DNA of 64,000 bases from an uncultured Mycoplasmataceae bacterium (GTDB taxonomy: Bacteria; Bacillota_I; Bacilli_A; Mycoplasmatales; Mycoplasmoidaceae), in NCBI GenBank assembly GCA_949282725.1, contig CASDPP010000003.1, positions 68,289 through 132,288 of the forward strand, in the 5' to 3' direction. Numbering within the stretch: the stretch's first letter is position 1; the number at the start of each line of letters is the position of its first letter. The translations under genes and the position numbers were made by a program. The notes beneath the pieces were generated by a model, which saw nothing but the letters and a program-made list of their open reading frames with translations, did no database searches and had not been told where the DNA came from. Below are positions 36,815 through 49,029 of this stretch, in pieces.

Positions 36815-37900
36815 AAAATCAATTCATTTTTTTTCAAAAGCTTCATAAGAATATTTATCAATAGCTTCTTCTTGACAAGAAGAATAAAGATCATGATAGT
36901 TTGGTTTTTTTAAAAATTCCTTGATCATTTTTATTGCTTCATATTTAGAAGTTTTTTTAGGAATTAATAAACCCGTTTTATTGTTAATTATTTCAGAAGC
37001 TGAAGTAAAGGTATCTCAAACTATGCATGGTGTTTGAAGAGAAACGCTTTCAACTAATGTAAAAGGGAAACCTTCATATTTTGAAAACATAATTGAAGCT
37101 TTGTAGTTATTAATTGTATCTTGAATTTTATCTTTTTCTAAAATTCCTTTGTACGAACAATTACCATTTATTTTTTTTGTTCATTTTGATTTTCCAATAC
37201 CATAAAAATCAACCTGAATATCCAATTTTTTACAAATTTTAAGAAGATATTTAATATTTTTTTGATATTGATTTATTCTGCCGAAATAAACTAATTTTTC
37301 ATTTGAAGATCCCTTGGTGAACGATTTAATATTTTCGATCGGCATGTAAGGCAATTGGATACAAGCATGATTTTTTAAATTTAATTTAAATGTATTAATT
37401 ATTTCTTTCGCATTTAATTTATCAAAAAACACACAATTTGATGAATTTTTGAATGCTAGTTTTAAACATAAAACGTTTGTTAAAAACCAAAAAGCAACCT
37501 TTCTTAAAATTTTATTTTTAATAAACACTTCCAAAGTGTAGTATTTTAAACAATTATGTTGTACTCTAATTTCATTAGGAAGTTGTTGTTCAAAATCAAA
37601 AGAATAAAGTAAATTGTTAATTATTAAATCATATTGAACTTTAATATCATTAATATAACGAGCATTTTTCTTTAAAACAAAAAGTGATTTTCAAGATGAA
37701 GAAGTACACGGAATTTGTGGATGAATAATTTTAATTCTAGGATCAATATCATTATCAACAAAATTTTTTGATTGAAAAATGTAAGCAACATTCACTTCAT
37801 AACCACGTCCAACAAGAATCTTAGATAAGATTCTTGCATAATTTTCAATTCCACCAGTTGTATTTATATTTTGATAAGTAATGATTAAAACTCTTTTCAT
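36794..37900 (-). CDS. glycosyltransferase family 1 (GT4-type)
   Basis: MKRVLIITYQNINTTGGIENYARILSK, and after TGA joins the C-terminal EGFPFTLVES motif (the E-x7-E region). Length is 369 codons, converging on and overlapping the GT2 gene by 21 nt. Confidence 0.7.
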
Positions 37901-37907
37901 TTTAACT

Positions 37908-39203
37908 TCATTTTATTTGATTTACGTTTTTAGGATGTTTATTGACTTTTATACTATCAATTACACCGTTTTTTACATTAATTACTTTATCTGCTAAGTT
38001 TGCAATAGCAGGGTTGTGAGTAACAATAATAATAGTTGTTTTATATTTTTTATTAATATCAACAAAAAGTTGCATGATGTTTTTAGACATTTCTTCATCA
38101 ACAGCACCTGTTGGTTCATCTCCAAAAATAATATTTGGTCTTTTAGCAATAGATCTAGCAATTGAAACTCTTTGTTGTTGTCCCCCAGATAATTGATGTG
38201 GGAAATTATTACGATATTGATATAAACCGATTAATTTTAAAATATTATTAATGTCATTTTCTTTTTCTTCTTTATTTTTGTATTTAATATTAGATAGATT
38301 TTGTCCTATTTCAACATTTTCAAAAACAGTTAAATTAGGTAATAAACCATATTGTTGAAAAACATAACCAATGTTATTCTTTCTAAATTTAGTTAATTCA
38401 TTAAAAGAAAAATTGATTAAATTTTTATTACATACAATTGTTTGTCCATAACTAGCTTTATCCATTCCTGAAATAATATTTAACAGTGTTGTCTTACCAC
38501 TACCAGAAGGTCCTAAAATAACAACAAATTCTCCATATTTGATTTGTAAATTAATGTCATCCAAAACTTTAAAAGCAATAAAATTGTTGAAGTAGTATTT
38601 TGAAACATTTTTTAAATCAATGACATATTTTGATTTTTTATTTTTTTGTGAATCAGACCTTTTTGATTTTTCTAATTTCTTGATCAAATTAGCATGATAA
38701 GAAGTGAAGTTATTCTTTTTAATCATTGCTAAATATTCAGCATGTTTTTTCAAATGTTGTTTTACTCTTTTTTGAAATAAAACATATCTTTTTTTGTTTT
38801 GGTGTTTTAAATACTTTAACAAAAATAATAACTTATTGTATCTTCTAGTAGATTGATTAATATGAAATAATTCAAAGATATTAGCTTTTAAAATATCTTC
38901 ATTATCACGATATTTTTCAATAAATTCAATAAATTTTATTAATGAAACATCATTTTTTTTATTATTGATAAAAAGAATTTTCTTTTGATTCAACAATAAG
39001 TATTTAGTTCAATAGTAACAAGCGTTGTTATATTTTCTAGAAATTTTATTTAATTTACGATTAATTGATTTTAAAGATTTATATTCTTGTTTTGTTAATT
39101 TTTTATTGTTAGATAAAATAGAAACAAGTTTTTCTTTTTCAGATTTAAACTTATCTAATCTAGTTTTAAAATAATTAATTTTTTCTATTAAGTTTTTTTT
39201 CAT
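37908..39203 (-). CDS. ABC transporter ATP-binding protein (MacB/LolD-like) with a ~200-aa N-terminal extension
   Basis: Walker A GPSGSGKTTLLN, the signature LSGGQQQRVSIARS and Walker B IIFGDEPTGAVD are present. ORF 39009..39203 joins in frame through one TGA, and the track M at 38996 is a TTG. Confidence 0.85.
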
Positions 39204-39204
39204 A

Positions 39205-42200
39205 TTATTTTATTGAATCAACTAACGAAGACTTTTTTAAGTCTATATACATGAAGACAACACTTAATATAAACTCTATTGATATTATAAATACACTTAT
39301 GATATATCATAAAACATTAATTTTTACATTTAGCAACAAACCGACACCATTCATTATTGTTAATTGAAATAATGACAACAAACCAAGGGATAATGGAATC
39401 GATAATAAAACCCCAATAATAATAACTGGTAAATAAATTGACATAAATGATAATGCATTACTTGAGTCTGAATAACCTAAAGATTTTAATAAAGCAGCTA
39501 GTTTTCTTGAGTCGGTAATAATCATTGAGCAAATTAATAAAACCACAAAAAACACCATCAAGATAATTATTGAAAGTAATACCATTTCAATTTGGTTTAT
39601 TGAATTAGAAACAGAAATATAAACATCTTGATTCATTGCTTTGCTTGTAACATCCGATAAACAAGAAACATAAGTAGATGATCCAAATATTTCTGATATT
39701 TTAGTTAATAACTCAGGTAACAAGTTATTCATTTGTTCTCAATATTGTTTTTGTTCTTCATAAGTTTGTCCATTAACAAATTGGTTATATAAATCAAATA
39801 TTTTTTTGCCAATTTCAGAAGATGAATTAGGATTTGTTTTATTATAAAAACCTGTTAATTCATTAATAATTTGAGTATTAGCTCCATATTTAAAAACATT
39901 TTTAGAACTATCTGATAGTAAGTTATCATTACTTGCTCATATTCCAGAAGGGGAATATAACATTAAACGTGAATTTAATAGTGAAGTATTATTAACATCA
40001 TTTATGAACACACCATTAAAGCCATACGGGATAATGTTATAATTTGAATTTTCTAAATCTTTAGATAAACTTAATTCAGATATATCGTTAATAGATGAAC
40101 GTGAATTTTGATCAAATTCTTCTACTGTGATTGTTGAATGACAAGACTCTGTATAGTTAATGTAATTGTTATGGAAGTTAGGGTTTTGTTCATCATTAGT
40201 TAAAAGCTTAGTACGCAGTCCTAAGATTAAATTAGCTACTTGCTGATCAATAAAATATTCTTCATTTAATCGAGAACTACTAATACCTACAACTTTGAAT
40301 TTAATTGTTTGTTCAGGATAATTATCATATATTTTTTTAGTAAATCGATTTGTTGTATTGGTTGGATTCAGCTCTAAATATTGTCCAATAGAAATATTTC
40401 TTTTTTTAGCAGCAAGTTCATTAATAATAATAGGAAAATATTCATCTGTAGCTTTAACATTATTTGATAATAAATTTAAAATATTTTCATTATGACTATT
40501 TATTAAATTAACAGCTTTTGAATTTTTGTCTACTCCAATAATTTTTATTGATTCATTAGACCATTTATTATTAAATGTAGCATCAACATATGTATATGTT
40601 TCATCATTTTCATTTAATGGAATAATGTTATAGTTAATTGAATAATCAGTATTAGGTGTTTTAAATTGTTGATCATCATATATTTTTCACAAAAATTGGA
40701 TAAACTTAGAATCTAAATGTGTACCAGTTCAATTAATAGCATTTTTAGTATTTATTGAATAAGTATCATCAGAATTTTTAGTAAGATAATCTTTATATGA
40801 AGTTCAATCTGGATCTTGTAAGTTATATATTAAATCACCATAATGATTTAATACTTCTTGATATTTAATTTCACAATTATTTTTAGTATTAATATCCATT
40901 AATGATGAAGCAATATCTCAAGGATTTGACGATAATCCTAGCACACTAATACCCACTTGATAATTTAAACATAGTTTAGTCATTACTCTATTTTTTAAAT
41001 AGGAAACATCAGTATATTCACCAATAGCATCTGACATCAATGGTAAGAATGTATTTTCTTGTGAACAATTTAAATCAGGAGAAAAAGGACTTGATAAATT
41101 TTGATCAATATAATCAGAAAAAGAAGCGCCTAGAATTGGTATAAAAGAACTTAAATAATAATCTTTAACAAAATCATTTGTTAAATTATTTTCTATTCCA
41201 TATCATTGATCAGAATTAATTTTTTGGCTTTCAGTAGCGTTAGAATAAATTCCGGGTAAGAAATTATTTCCAACATTTGAAGCTGAAGTTTGTCATCCTG
41301 ATTTACCAATATATTGATCGTTTGTAGGAATATATTGTCCGCCTTGATCTGTTGGTGTATAAAGGTCAACAGCATATTCATAATTTTTAGTTATCGATGT
41401 TTGACTAATAGCAGAATCAAATTTGTTATTTAATGTAATTGTAAAAACAAGCGATGATAATGCTAATGTTGTCATGATACATAAAACAAATAGTTTTCAT
41501 AATGAAGAAAAAGCGATTGATACTCTAAATTTTGTAATAACTCCAAACTTATTAAAAAGTTTTTTTACATGCTTTGTTAAAAAGTTAAATTTATATTCAC
41601 TTCCAGGTTTCATTAGTTCAGTGACTTTTTTTCTTAAAACTAATAAAGTTGTGATTATTGAAACTATTGAAAATAAAAGAAATGGAATGATGAAAGAAAA
41701 CACAAGCGGAACTCAGTCAATAACAATAGTAGAAGTAGGCAATGTTCAAAATGTCGAAAATAAATTTAAAGCAGGTATTTGCAAGAACATTCCTAACAAA
41801 TATCCCGAAATACCACCAATAACAGCTGGAACAAAAGAGAAAGGGATCAATGATAAAACAATTCTTGTTTTACTAACACCATTTGATCTAATAACACCAA
41901 TATTAACTCTGTTATTTGATATATATCTTCTAACTATAATTGCTGAAATTAAAGTTGATAAAATCACAACAAAAATAGTTAACAAATAATCTAAAAAATC
42001 TATTTTATTTACAAACGAAGGAACAAAAGAAATTCTAAATGCTGAGCTATTTAATTTATTTGTAGTATCATCGGCAAAATAAGCGGCCTTAACATTTTCA
42101 GGTCAATTCATTATTGTTTTCGCTTTTTCATTAATTTCATTTAATAATTCTTGTTGATTAACACCATTTAAGAATTTTCCTACTAAATATGATTCAATTT

Positions 42201-43824
42201 GATTTCCACGAAAACTGTTATATGTTCTTTCAAAACCAACTTTATTAGTAAAAACAATACATTCTTTTTGTGGATTTGGTATAGGTCTATCCATTGACAC
42301 TACAGGATAAACAAAATCTCCAGTAATTCCTGAAGCTAATATAGCATAAGGTATTCCGCTATCGCCAGAAACATTAATAAAACAAGATTTATAAGTAGAT
42401 CTTCAATGATTATATTTTTCATCAAAGATGTCAACAGTTAAAGTATTTAATCAATCAATGAAAGATTGTTTCAAAGAAGAAACTTCAGAATGATTTTTAA
42501 TGTATTGATCAAAATCAGGATCAAAATTATTTAAAGTATTATTTTTATATTCTTGAATGATAATATCTGTTAAAGGATAAAGATTATGTTTTTCCATAAA
42601 TTGAGGAGAAACAATTGCAAATTCACTAGTTCAATTATCTATTTTTCATGTGAAAGGTATAGCAGTAGCACTACTTATATTTTTTCAATTTTGAATTAAG
42701 CTATATTGTTTGTTATTAATAGACTCTAATTCATAATTGGTAATAAAAGTTTGGTATTGTGTTTGAATAACACTAAAGTCATCAGGGTTATTTGTTAATA
42801 AATCATTGATATTTTTAACATCATTAAAAAAGGTTGAAGATGTTTCACTTACTTGACCAAAAACTAAAATTTTAAAGAAGTTTCTAATAATATTTTGTTT
42901 ATCTTTATCAATTGAAACCACATCTCAATTTTCTAAATGATATGATAGTGTTGTGACAATTTCATCATTACTTAAAGAAACATTATTAGGTTTTCAATCT
43001 TCTTGAGAAAAATTATGTCAACCTTCAATATTATTGATTGAATTAAAAATTACTTCTCGATCAACAATTTTATCATATGGATGTGTAACATCTTCTGGTT
43101 GTGTTTGAGAAATATCATAATAAATTCCATCACTAGAATTTGATAATTTTAAAACATTAGCATTACGATAGTATAGATCATCAGATAAACTATCTAAATA
43201 ATCTTGCATTGGAGTATTTGATGTTGTTAAATAGTTATATAAGTTTTCAGAATAAGAACTTATTGCATTATTAATTTCTGGTAAATCTTGTTGCAATTGA
43301 CTTAAAATTTCTGAATTAGAATAAGTTGATTTGTGATCTGAAGAATCGTTTAAATAAGTTAATTGTTGATTGTTTGTTACAGTAATTGAATGATAAATAT
43401 ATTGGTAGTGTGGATCTGTTTGTTGTACAGATTTATAAGTGTTATAAAAACTATCTACCATTGTTTCTGAAGATGATTCATTACCTATTAATCTAAAATA
43501 ATATGTTTTAGAATATTGCCCTGGACTAATTTCAGTTTGTTCTGGTCAAAAAATTAAATACCCATCTGATGATCAACCACGACCTAATGTTTCTGGTTTT
43601 GTAGTATCAGAACCAGGTTCGTAATTTATATTACCTACATTATACGATTCAGAGACTGTGAAATTATGCTGATTACCTTCAGTAGAGACTTTTTGATAAG
43701 TTGTATCAATATTGTATGTAGTGGTTTTTAAGATTGTGAAAAAACCAACTGATAAAAATGTTAAAAATGTTAAACCAATAAGAAATATTTTATTTTTTTT
43801 GAATGAACGGAAAACGTTTTTCAA
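39205..43824 (-). CDS. giant ABC transporter permease with two FtsX-type membrane domains
   Basis: Eight track fragments share one frame, and 4620 nt is 1540 codons. There is an N-terminal TM helix (MKNVFRSFKKNKIFLIGLTFLTFLSVGFF). FtsX-like helices lie at 41497..41985 and 39307..39732. Spot translation of the gaps showed only TGA interruptions. Confidence 0.8.
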
Positions 43825-43907
43825 TAAATTTCACATTGTAAATAAATTATATATGAATAAAATATTATTCATATTAGATATTTTTTTATTATAATTAACA
43901 TGTTATT

Positions 43908-45482
43908 ATGGGTTTCTTTTCTGATACAAAAAATAGAAAGAAAAAAAATAAAAAAAGAAAAGGGATAACTTCTCCATCAGTTTTTTGTATCATCTTCTTT
44001 TTAATGTTCCTAGTAATTGGAATTTCATGAATTTTATATTGAGTTAATGGTGCTGATCCATACGGCAAATTTCACCCAGCTGGTATTTTAGAATTATTTA
44101 CTGCCCCTATTAAAGGATTTGTTAATTCAGGCGAAATCATTATTTTCTTATTTATGATTTCTGCATTTTTGAGGATTGTAAATAAGTCTAAAGCTTTAGA
44201 TGCAGGAATCGGAACAATATTTTTAAAATTAAAGGGTAAAGAATTAACTTTAATCATTATTTTATTTTTTACTTTCATGCTTTGTGGTACTACGTTTGGT
44301 ATGTGTGAAGCTACAATTCCTTTTTATTTCTTGCTAATTCCTATTTTATTAGCAGCAGGGTTTGATTCTTATACTGCATTATTAGTTATTACATTTGGTG
44401 CAGGTATTGGGGTTTTAGCTTCAACAATTAACCCAATGGTTTATAACAACGCATTTAATGCTGTAAATAAATTTTTACCAGCAGGATGAGGAGAATTATC
44501 AACTTCTACTGGAATGGTATGAAGAATTGTTTCTTTAGTTGTTTTAGCTTCATTTACACTAGGGTATATGTTATTTTATACACACAGAATTAGAAAAAAT
44601 CCTCAAAAATCAATCATGTATGATTTAAGAGAAGCACACAAAGAAAAATTTCATTTTGATGTTAAAAAAATCCCAGAATTAACAACAAAAAGAAAATGAA
44701 TTATTGTTTGTTTTGCCACCACATTCATCTTATTGATTGTAGGTGCTATTCCATGAGATACTATAACAGGTTTAAACGGGTTTGAATTATTAGGCAAATA
44801 TTTAGCTGAATGATTTCCATATATTGCTGGTCAATCATATGATCCAGTAACTCACCAAGTAGTAAGTAATATTGCTGATGTTGGTTCTTGATCAGTATTT
44901 GAAATGGCATTCTTATTTTTTATTGCTACATTCATCGTTGCTTTAATTAACTGACAAGGAGAAAAAGAATTTGGTAATGATATTGTTCAAGGTGCTGCTG
45001 ATTTTGCAGGTGTAGCGTTAATTGTAGCAATTGCTAATGGATTTAGTGTTTTATTAGCTGAAACAGGAATAAGAGATGTATTAATTGATTCAGTATCAAC
45101 TTTAGCAACAACATTACACCCAACATTATTTGCTTTGATTCTATTTATTTTATTCTTCATTATCTCTATCTTTATTCCTTCAATGTCAGGATTTGCAAAT
45201 GCTGTATTCCCTACAGTAGGTCCTGCGTTATCAGGAGGTATTGATGCTTTAAATGGTACAGGAATGACAGTATCAGGTTCAGTATTAGGATTCTCAATGG
45301 CTAATGGTTTAGTTAACTTAACAATGCCTACAGCAGGTCCATTTGTAATTTGTTTACAAATTTGTGATATTTCATTATCAAGATTTTACAAATCATCTTA
45401 CATTCTAGTTGGTGGTATTACACTACTTTCAGCATTATTGTTAATGATTGGTACATTAATTCCTGGCGGAAGAATATTCTAA
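43908..45482 (+). CDS. YfcC / DcuC-like anaerobic-carrier family transporter
   Basis: 525 codons in one frame across many TGA codons. The protein is multi-pass with TFGAGIGVLASTINP and FIPSMSGFANAVFPTVGP segments typical of YfcC-type carriers. Confidence 0.55.
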
Positions 45483-45500
45483 AAAAACACAAAAATATAA

Positions 45501-45523
45501 ACACCACATAGTGGTGTTTTTTT
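45501..45523 (+). terminator. rho-independent terminator after the YfcC-like gene
   Basis: ACACCAC-ATA-GTGGTGT followed by T6. Confidence 0.75.
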
Positions 45524-45601
45524 ATTTGTATTTAATTTTTGGAGAAATTTAGGAATTTTATTTTTACTTTTTTGTTTTAATTCTAATCACAACAAAAAAT
45601 T

Positions 45602-46246
45602 ATGAATAAGATTATTAACAAACAAATCAATAATGAAAATAATTTAATTTTATTGTGACAAACAAAAAATAACTCATCTGCTTTTATTGAAATGTTATAT
45701 CGATATAAACCTTGCTTAATTAATCAGTCTAGGATTTGACAAAAAAGATTACAAAACATTAAAACAGAGTTTGATTATTCTGAAATTTTATCTTTATGTG
45801 TAATAACTTTCTATAATGCAATGAATACATTTAAATGTGTTATTGGAAATAATCAAAAGAAATTCTCTTCATATTTGATTAATATGATCAAGTATGAAAT
45901 AGTTAAAGAAATTAGAAAATGATGTAGTAAAAAGAATAAAATCAATGCAGCAATGAATTTTGTAGATTTAACTATTTTGAACCAATTTTCAGGTATTAAT
46001 CAAAACTCTTTAAAACAAAATGAGGATCAAGAAGAAAAATCAAAATATATAAATCTAGCAATTAGAATTTACTTAGAAGATAAACCAAAAATTTATCAAA
46101 AATACATTTATTTAAAATCTCTTGGCAAATCATCATCCGAAATTTCTAAAATAACAAATCTACCCATTGAAAAAGTTTACTATATAGGGTCTAAAATTAA
46201 AATAGGATTAAAAAAAACACTTGAAAGATATAAAATATATGTATAA
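45602..46246 (+). CDS. small sigma-70 family protein (region 2 plus region 4 HTH), alternative sigma factor candidate
   Basis: 214 aa after joining through TGA codons. The N-terminal part has a region-2-like segment (AFIEMLYRYKPCLINQSRIW). The C-terminal HTH is YLKSLGKSSSEISKITNLPIEKVYYIGSKIKIGLKK. Confidence 0.55.
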
Positions 46247-46260
46247 TATTATTGCTATTG

Positions 46261-46284
46261 AAAGGAGTTAAAAGCTCCTTTTTT
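46261..46284 (+). terminator. rho-independent terminator after the sigma-like gene
   Basis: AAAGGAG-TTAAAAG-CTCCTTT followed by a T run. Confidence 0.55.
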
Positions 46285-46303
46285 CTTTAGTAAGATTTAA
46301 ATT

Positions 46304-46444
46304 ATGAAATGTATATTAGTTTGTTCAGAATGTAATTCAAGAAACTATCATTACTCAAAGAAAAAAGATAGCGATAAACGATTGGAACTAAGAAAATATT
46401 GTCCTAATTGTAAAAAAACAACTCTACATAAAGAAACAAGATAA
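46304..46444 (+). CDS. rpmG: 50S ribosomal protein L33
   Basis: Hand translation gives [46 protein letters not shown], with the CxxC...CxxC zinc ribbon. It is below the track size cut-off. Confidence 0.9.
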   Translation: MKCILVCSECNSRNYHYSKKKDSDKRLELRKYCPNCKKTTLHKETR

Positions 46445-46446
46445 TT

Positions 46447-46665
46447 ATGGAAAAAGTAAAGCAACAAGAAAATAAAAAAATAAAAGATAAAAAACCAAAA
46501 GAAAATAAAATCAAAAGATGATTTTATGGTTTGGGTAAAGAATTTTCAAGAACAACATGACCTAGTGTTGGTAAAATCTTTCAACATTTAATTATTGTTA
46601 TTTTAATTACTGTAATTCTTGCTCTTATTTTCTTAGGATTTGATTTAATAGTTCCACATGCATAA
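46447..46665 (+). CDS. secE: preprotein translocase subunit SecE
   Basis: 72 aa with a basic N-terminus and a single C-terminal TM helix (FQHLIIVILITVILALIFLGFDLIV). The position rpmG-secE-nusG is conserved. Confidence 0.8.
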
Positions 46666-46682
46666 ACATTTAAGGAGAAGAT

Positions 46683-47342
46683 ATGGATAAATTTCAATGA
46701 TTTATATTAACTGTAATAGGTGGTAAAGAAGATTCAATTATTTCAACTGTAAAAGAAAAAATTAGAAACTTTGGATATGAAGATTTAGTAAAAGAAATTA
46801 AAGTTTTTAAAGAAAAAATTGAACAAGTAGATGTTTTTTCTAAATATGATCCTAACCTACCTAAGTCATTAAAAAACACAAAGACAACAAAATGAGAAAC
46901 ACTACCAGATGGTAAATATCGTAGAACTAAAACAAAAATAATTAATAAATATCCTGGATATGTATTTATTAATATGATTATGAATTCACAAATCTGATAT
47001 ACAATCAGAAATACAAATGGTGTATTAGGTTTCGTAGGTTCTTCTGGTAAAGGATCAATGCCAATTCCTATTTCAATTGAAGAATATGAAAAAGTTTCTA
47101 GTGTAAAACAAGAACAACCAGCAGAAACAAAAGAAGAAATTGCAGAAGAAAAACAAGTTATTTACACAACAGATTTAGTTGTTGGAGATAATGTTTCAAT
47201 TATTTCTGGTGCTTTTGAAGGAACAGAAGGGGTTATCAAATCTCTTAACGTTCATAAAGGAACAGCAAACGTAGAAATTGAAATTTTTGGAAGAATTACA
47301 GAAGCAACAATTGGTTTTTCAGAATTAAAAAGAAAGGAATAA
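46683..47342 (+). CDS. nusG: transcription termination/antitermination factor NusG
   Basis: MDKFQWFILTVIGGKED.. is the NGN domain, with YPGYVFINM. The C-terminal KOW region is VGDNVSIISGAFEGTEGVIKSLN. Confidence 0.9.
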
Positions 47343-47349
47343 TTAAATT

Positions 47350-47637
47350 ATGTCTAGTGCCCAAATTACAGCTATTTATACTCTTGGAATTATTGGAATA
47401 TTATTAATTATTGCATTAATCCTTATGTTAGTAATTGTTTATCGTAAAATTCATAATGTATTTAAAAAAGTTGATTATCTTGTTGAAGATATTACATATA
47501 AATCAGAAATGTTAACTCCAGTAGTAGAATCAATAAGAGAAGCAAATAATTTCTTACCTGAAATTAAAAAGAAATTACAATCAAAAACAAAAACTCCTTT
47601 TGATTCTTTAAAAGATAAACCTAAAAAAAAGAATTAG
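47350..47637 (+). CDS. small membrane-anchored protein (DUF948-like)
   Basis: 95 aa with one N-terminal TM helix followed by a charged helical tail. Confidence 0.4.
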   Translation: MSSAQITAIYTLGIIGILLIIALILMLVIVYRKIHNVFKKVDYLVEDITYKSEMLTPVVESIREANNFLPEIKKKLQSKTKTPFDSLKDKPKKKN

Positions 47638-48119
47638 TATTTAATTTTTAAAATTTTAACACTATAAGGTTCTTGAGTACCTTGTACTTTTACTACTTCT
47701 CCAACAGTTCTATTTAAAATAGCTTTTGCTAAAGGAGATAAGTTAGAAATTTTATTTTGATCTGGGTCTGCTTCAACTTCACCTACAATTTCATATTCAT
47801 TATCTTCTTTATCACTTAAATCATGGATTGTTACTTTGCAACCAATTTTAACAACTTTATTTTTGTTGTCTTCATTGTTTTCAATGATTTTAGCATAGTT
47901 TAAAATGTTTTGAATTTCGCTAATTCTTTTTTCGATTTCAGCTTGTAGATTTTTAGCTGCATCATAATCAGCGTTTTCAGATAAATCACCTTGTTCTCTT
48001 GCGTCTTGAATTAATTTAATTACTTCTGGTCTTTTAACTTCAATTAATTGTTTTAATTCTTTTTCAAGATTTTCAACACCTTCTTTAGTTAATAAAAACT
48101 CTTTCTTTTCTTCACTCAT
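47634..48119 (-). CDS. greA: transcription elongation factor GreA
   Basis: LTKEGVENLEKELKQLIEVKRPEVIKLIQDAREQGDLSENADYDAAK is the GreA coiled-coil signature. Confidence 0.9.
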   Translation of the reverse strand: MSEEKKEFLLTKEGVENLEKELKQLIEVKRPEVIKLIQDAREQGDLSENADYDAAKNLQAEIEKRISEIQNILNYAKIIENNEDNKNKVVKIGCKVTIHDLSDKEDNEYEIVGEVEADPDQNKISNLSPLAKAILNRTVGEVVKVQGTQEPYSVKILKIKY

Positions 48120-48212
48120 ATAAATGTAATATTTTTAATATTATACAAATAAAATACAATAATTTTTATTATTTATTAATTTAAGTTATTATTAAATTAT
48201 AATATAAGATAT

Positions 48213-48443
48213 ATGACAACAGGAGCAATTGTAGGATTAGTATTTGGAATTATTGGAGCTTTAATTATAGGAATCGTTATCGGTTTTGTTATTGCAAAAA
48301 ATGTATTTAAAAAACAAATAAAAGAAAATCCACCAATAACTGAATCACAAATTAGAGCTATGTATTCTCAAATGGGAAGAAAACCATCTGAACAACAAGT
48401 AAAACAAATCATGGCTATTTTTAAGAGACAAGCCTCTAAATAA
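48213..48443 (+). CDS. UPF0154 (YneF-like) small membrane protein
   Basis: 76 aa with an N-terminal TM helix, then NPPITESQIRAMYSQMGRKPSEQQVKQIM, which is typical of UPF0154. Confidence 0.6.
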   Translation: MTTGAIVGLVFGIIGALIIGIVIGFVIAKNVFKKQIKENPPITESQIRAMYSQMGRKPSEQQVKQIMAIFKRQASK

Positions 48444-49006
48444 TGATTAAATTTATTAAATCAGCTTCTTCAGAGCAAGACTGAATAAATGATGATAAAG
48501 TAGAGTTTTGTTTTATTGGTCGATCTAATACTGGTAAATCCACTTTGATCAATACTTTAGCTAATAATAAAATATCTAAAACATCCAAAACACCAGGTAG
48601 AACACAACTAGTGAATTTTTTTGATTTTAATAATTTTCGAATCATTGACTTACCGGGATATGGTTTTAGTAAAATATCCAAGAAAAAACAAGATGATATT
48701 ATTAGGATAACAGAACAATATTTATTAAATCGTAAAAATTTATTTGCAATTTTTCAATTATGTGATGCAAATGTTATTACGCCACTTGATGCTGAAATGT
48801 CTGTATTTTTTCAAAAGAAATTTAAAAATCATTTTATTATCTTGAACAAAATAGATAAACAATCTATTAGTAGATATAAAAACAATCTTTCTAAAATTGC
48901 TAATTTTTTACATGTAAGTGTTAAAAACATTATTTTAATTAGTGCTAAGAATAAAACTAATATCAATCAAGTTATTAGTAAAATGGTAGAACTTTCAAAA
49001 ATATAA
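48443..49006 (+). CDS. engB: ribosome biogenesis GTPase EngB/YsxC/YihA
   Basis: ATG overlaps the preceding stop (TAATG). G1 is GRSNTGKSTLIN, followed by TPGRTQ and DLPGYGF. Confidence 0.85.
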
Positions 49007-49029
49007 GATATTTTCTATTTTATTAATAA

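Noticed and set aside
41423-41989. A 188-aa plus-strand ORF and a 62-aa minus-strand ORF (41193..41381) inside the permease region.
   Set aside because: The first is antisense to the 1540-codon permease frame, and the second is out of frame with it. All eight other fragments fit that frame, and neither ORF has recognisable motifs.
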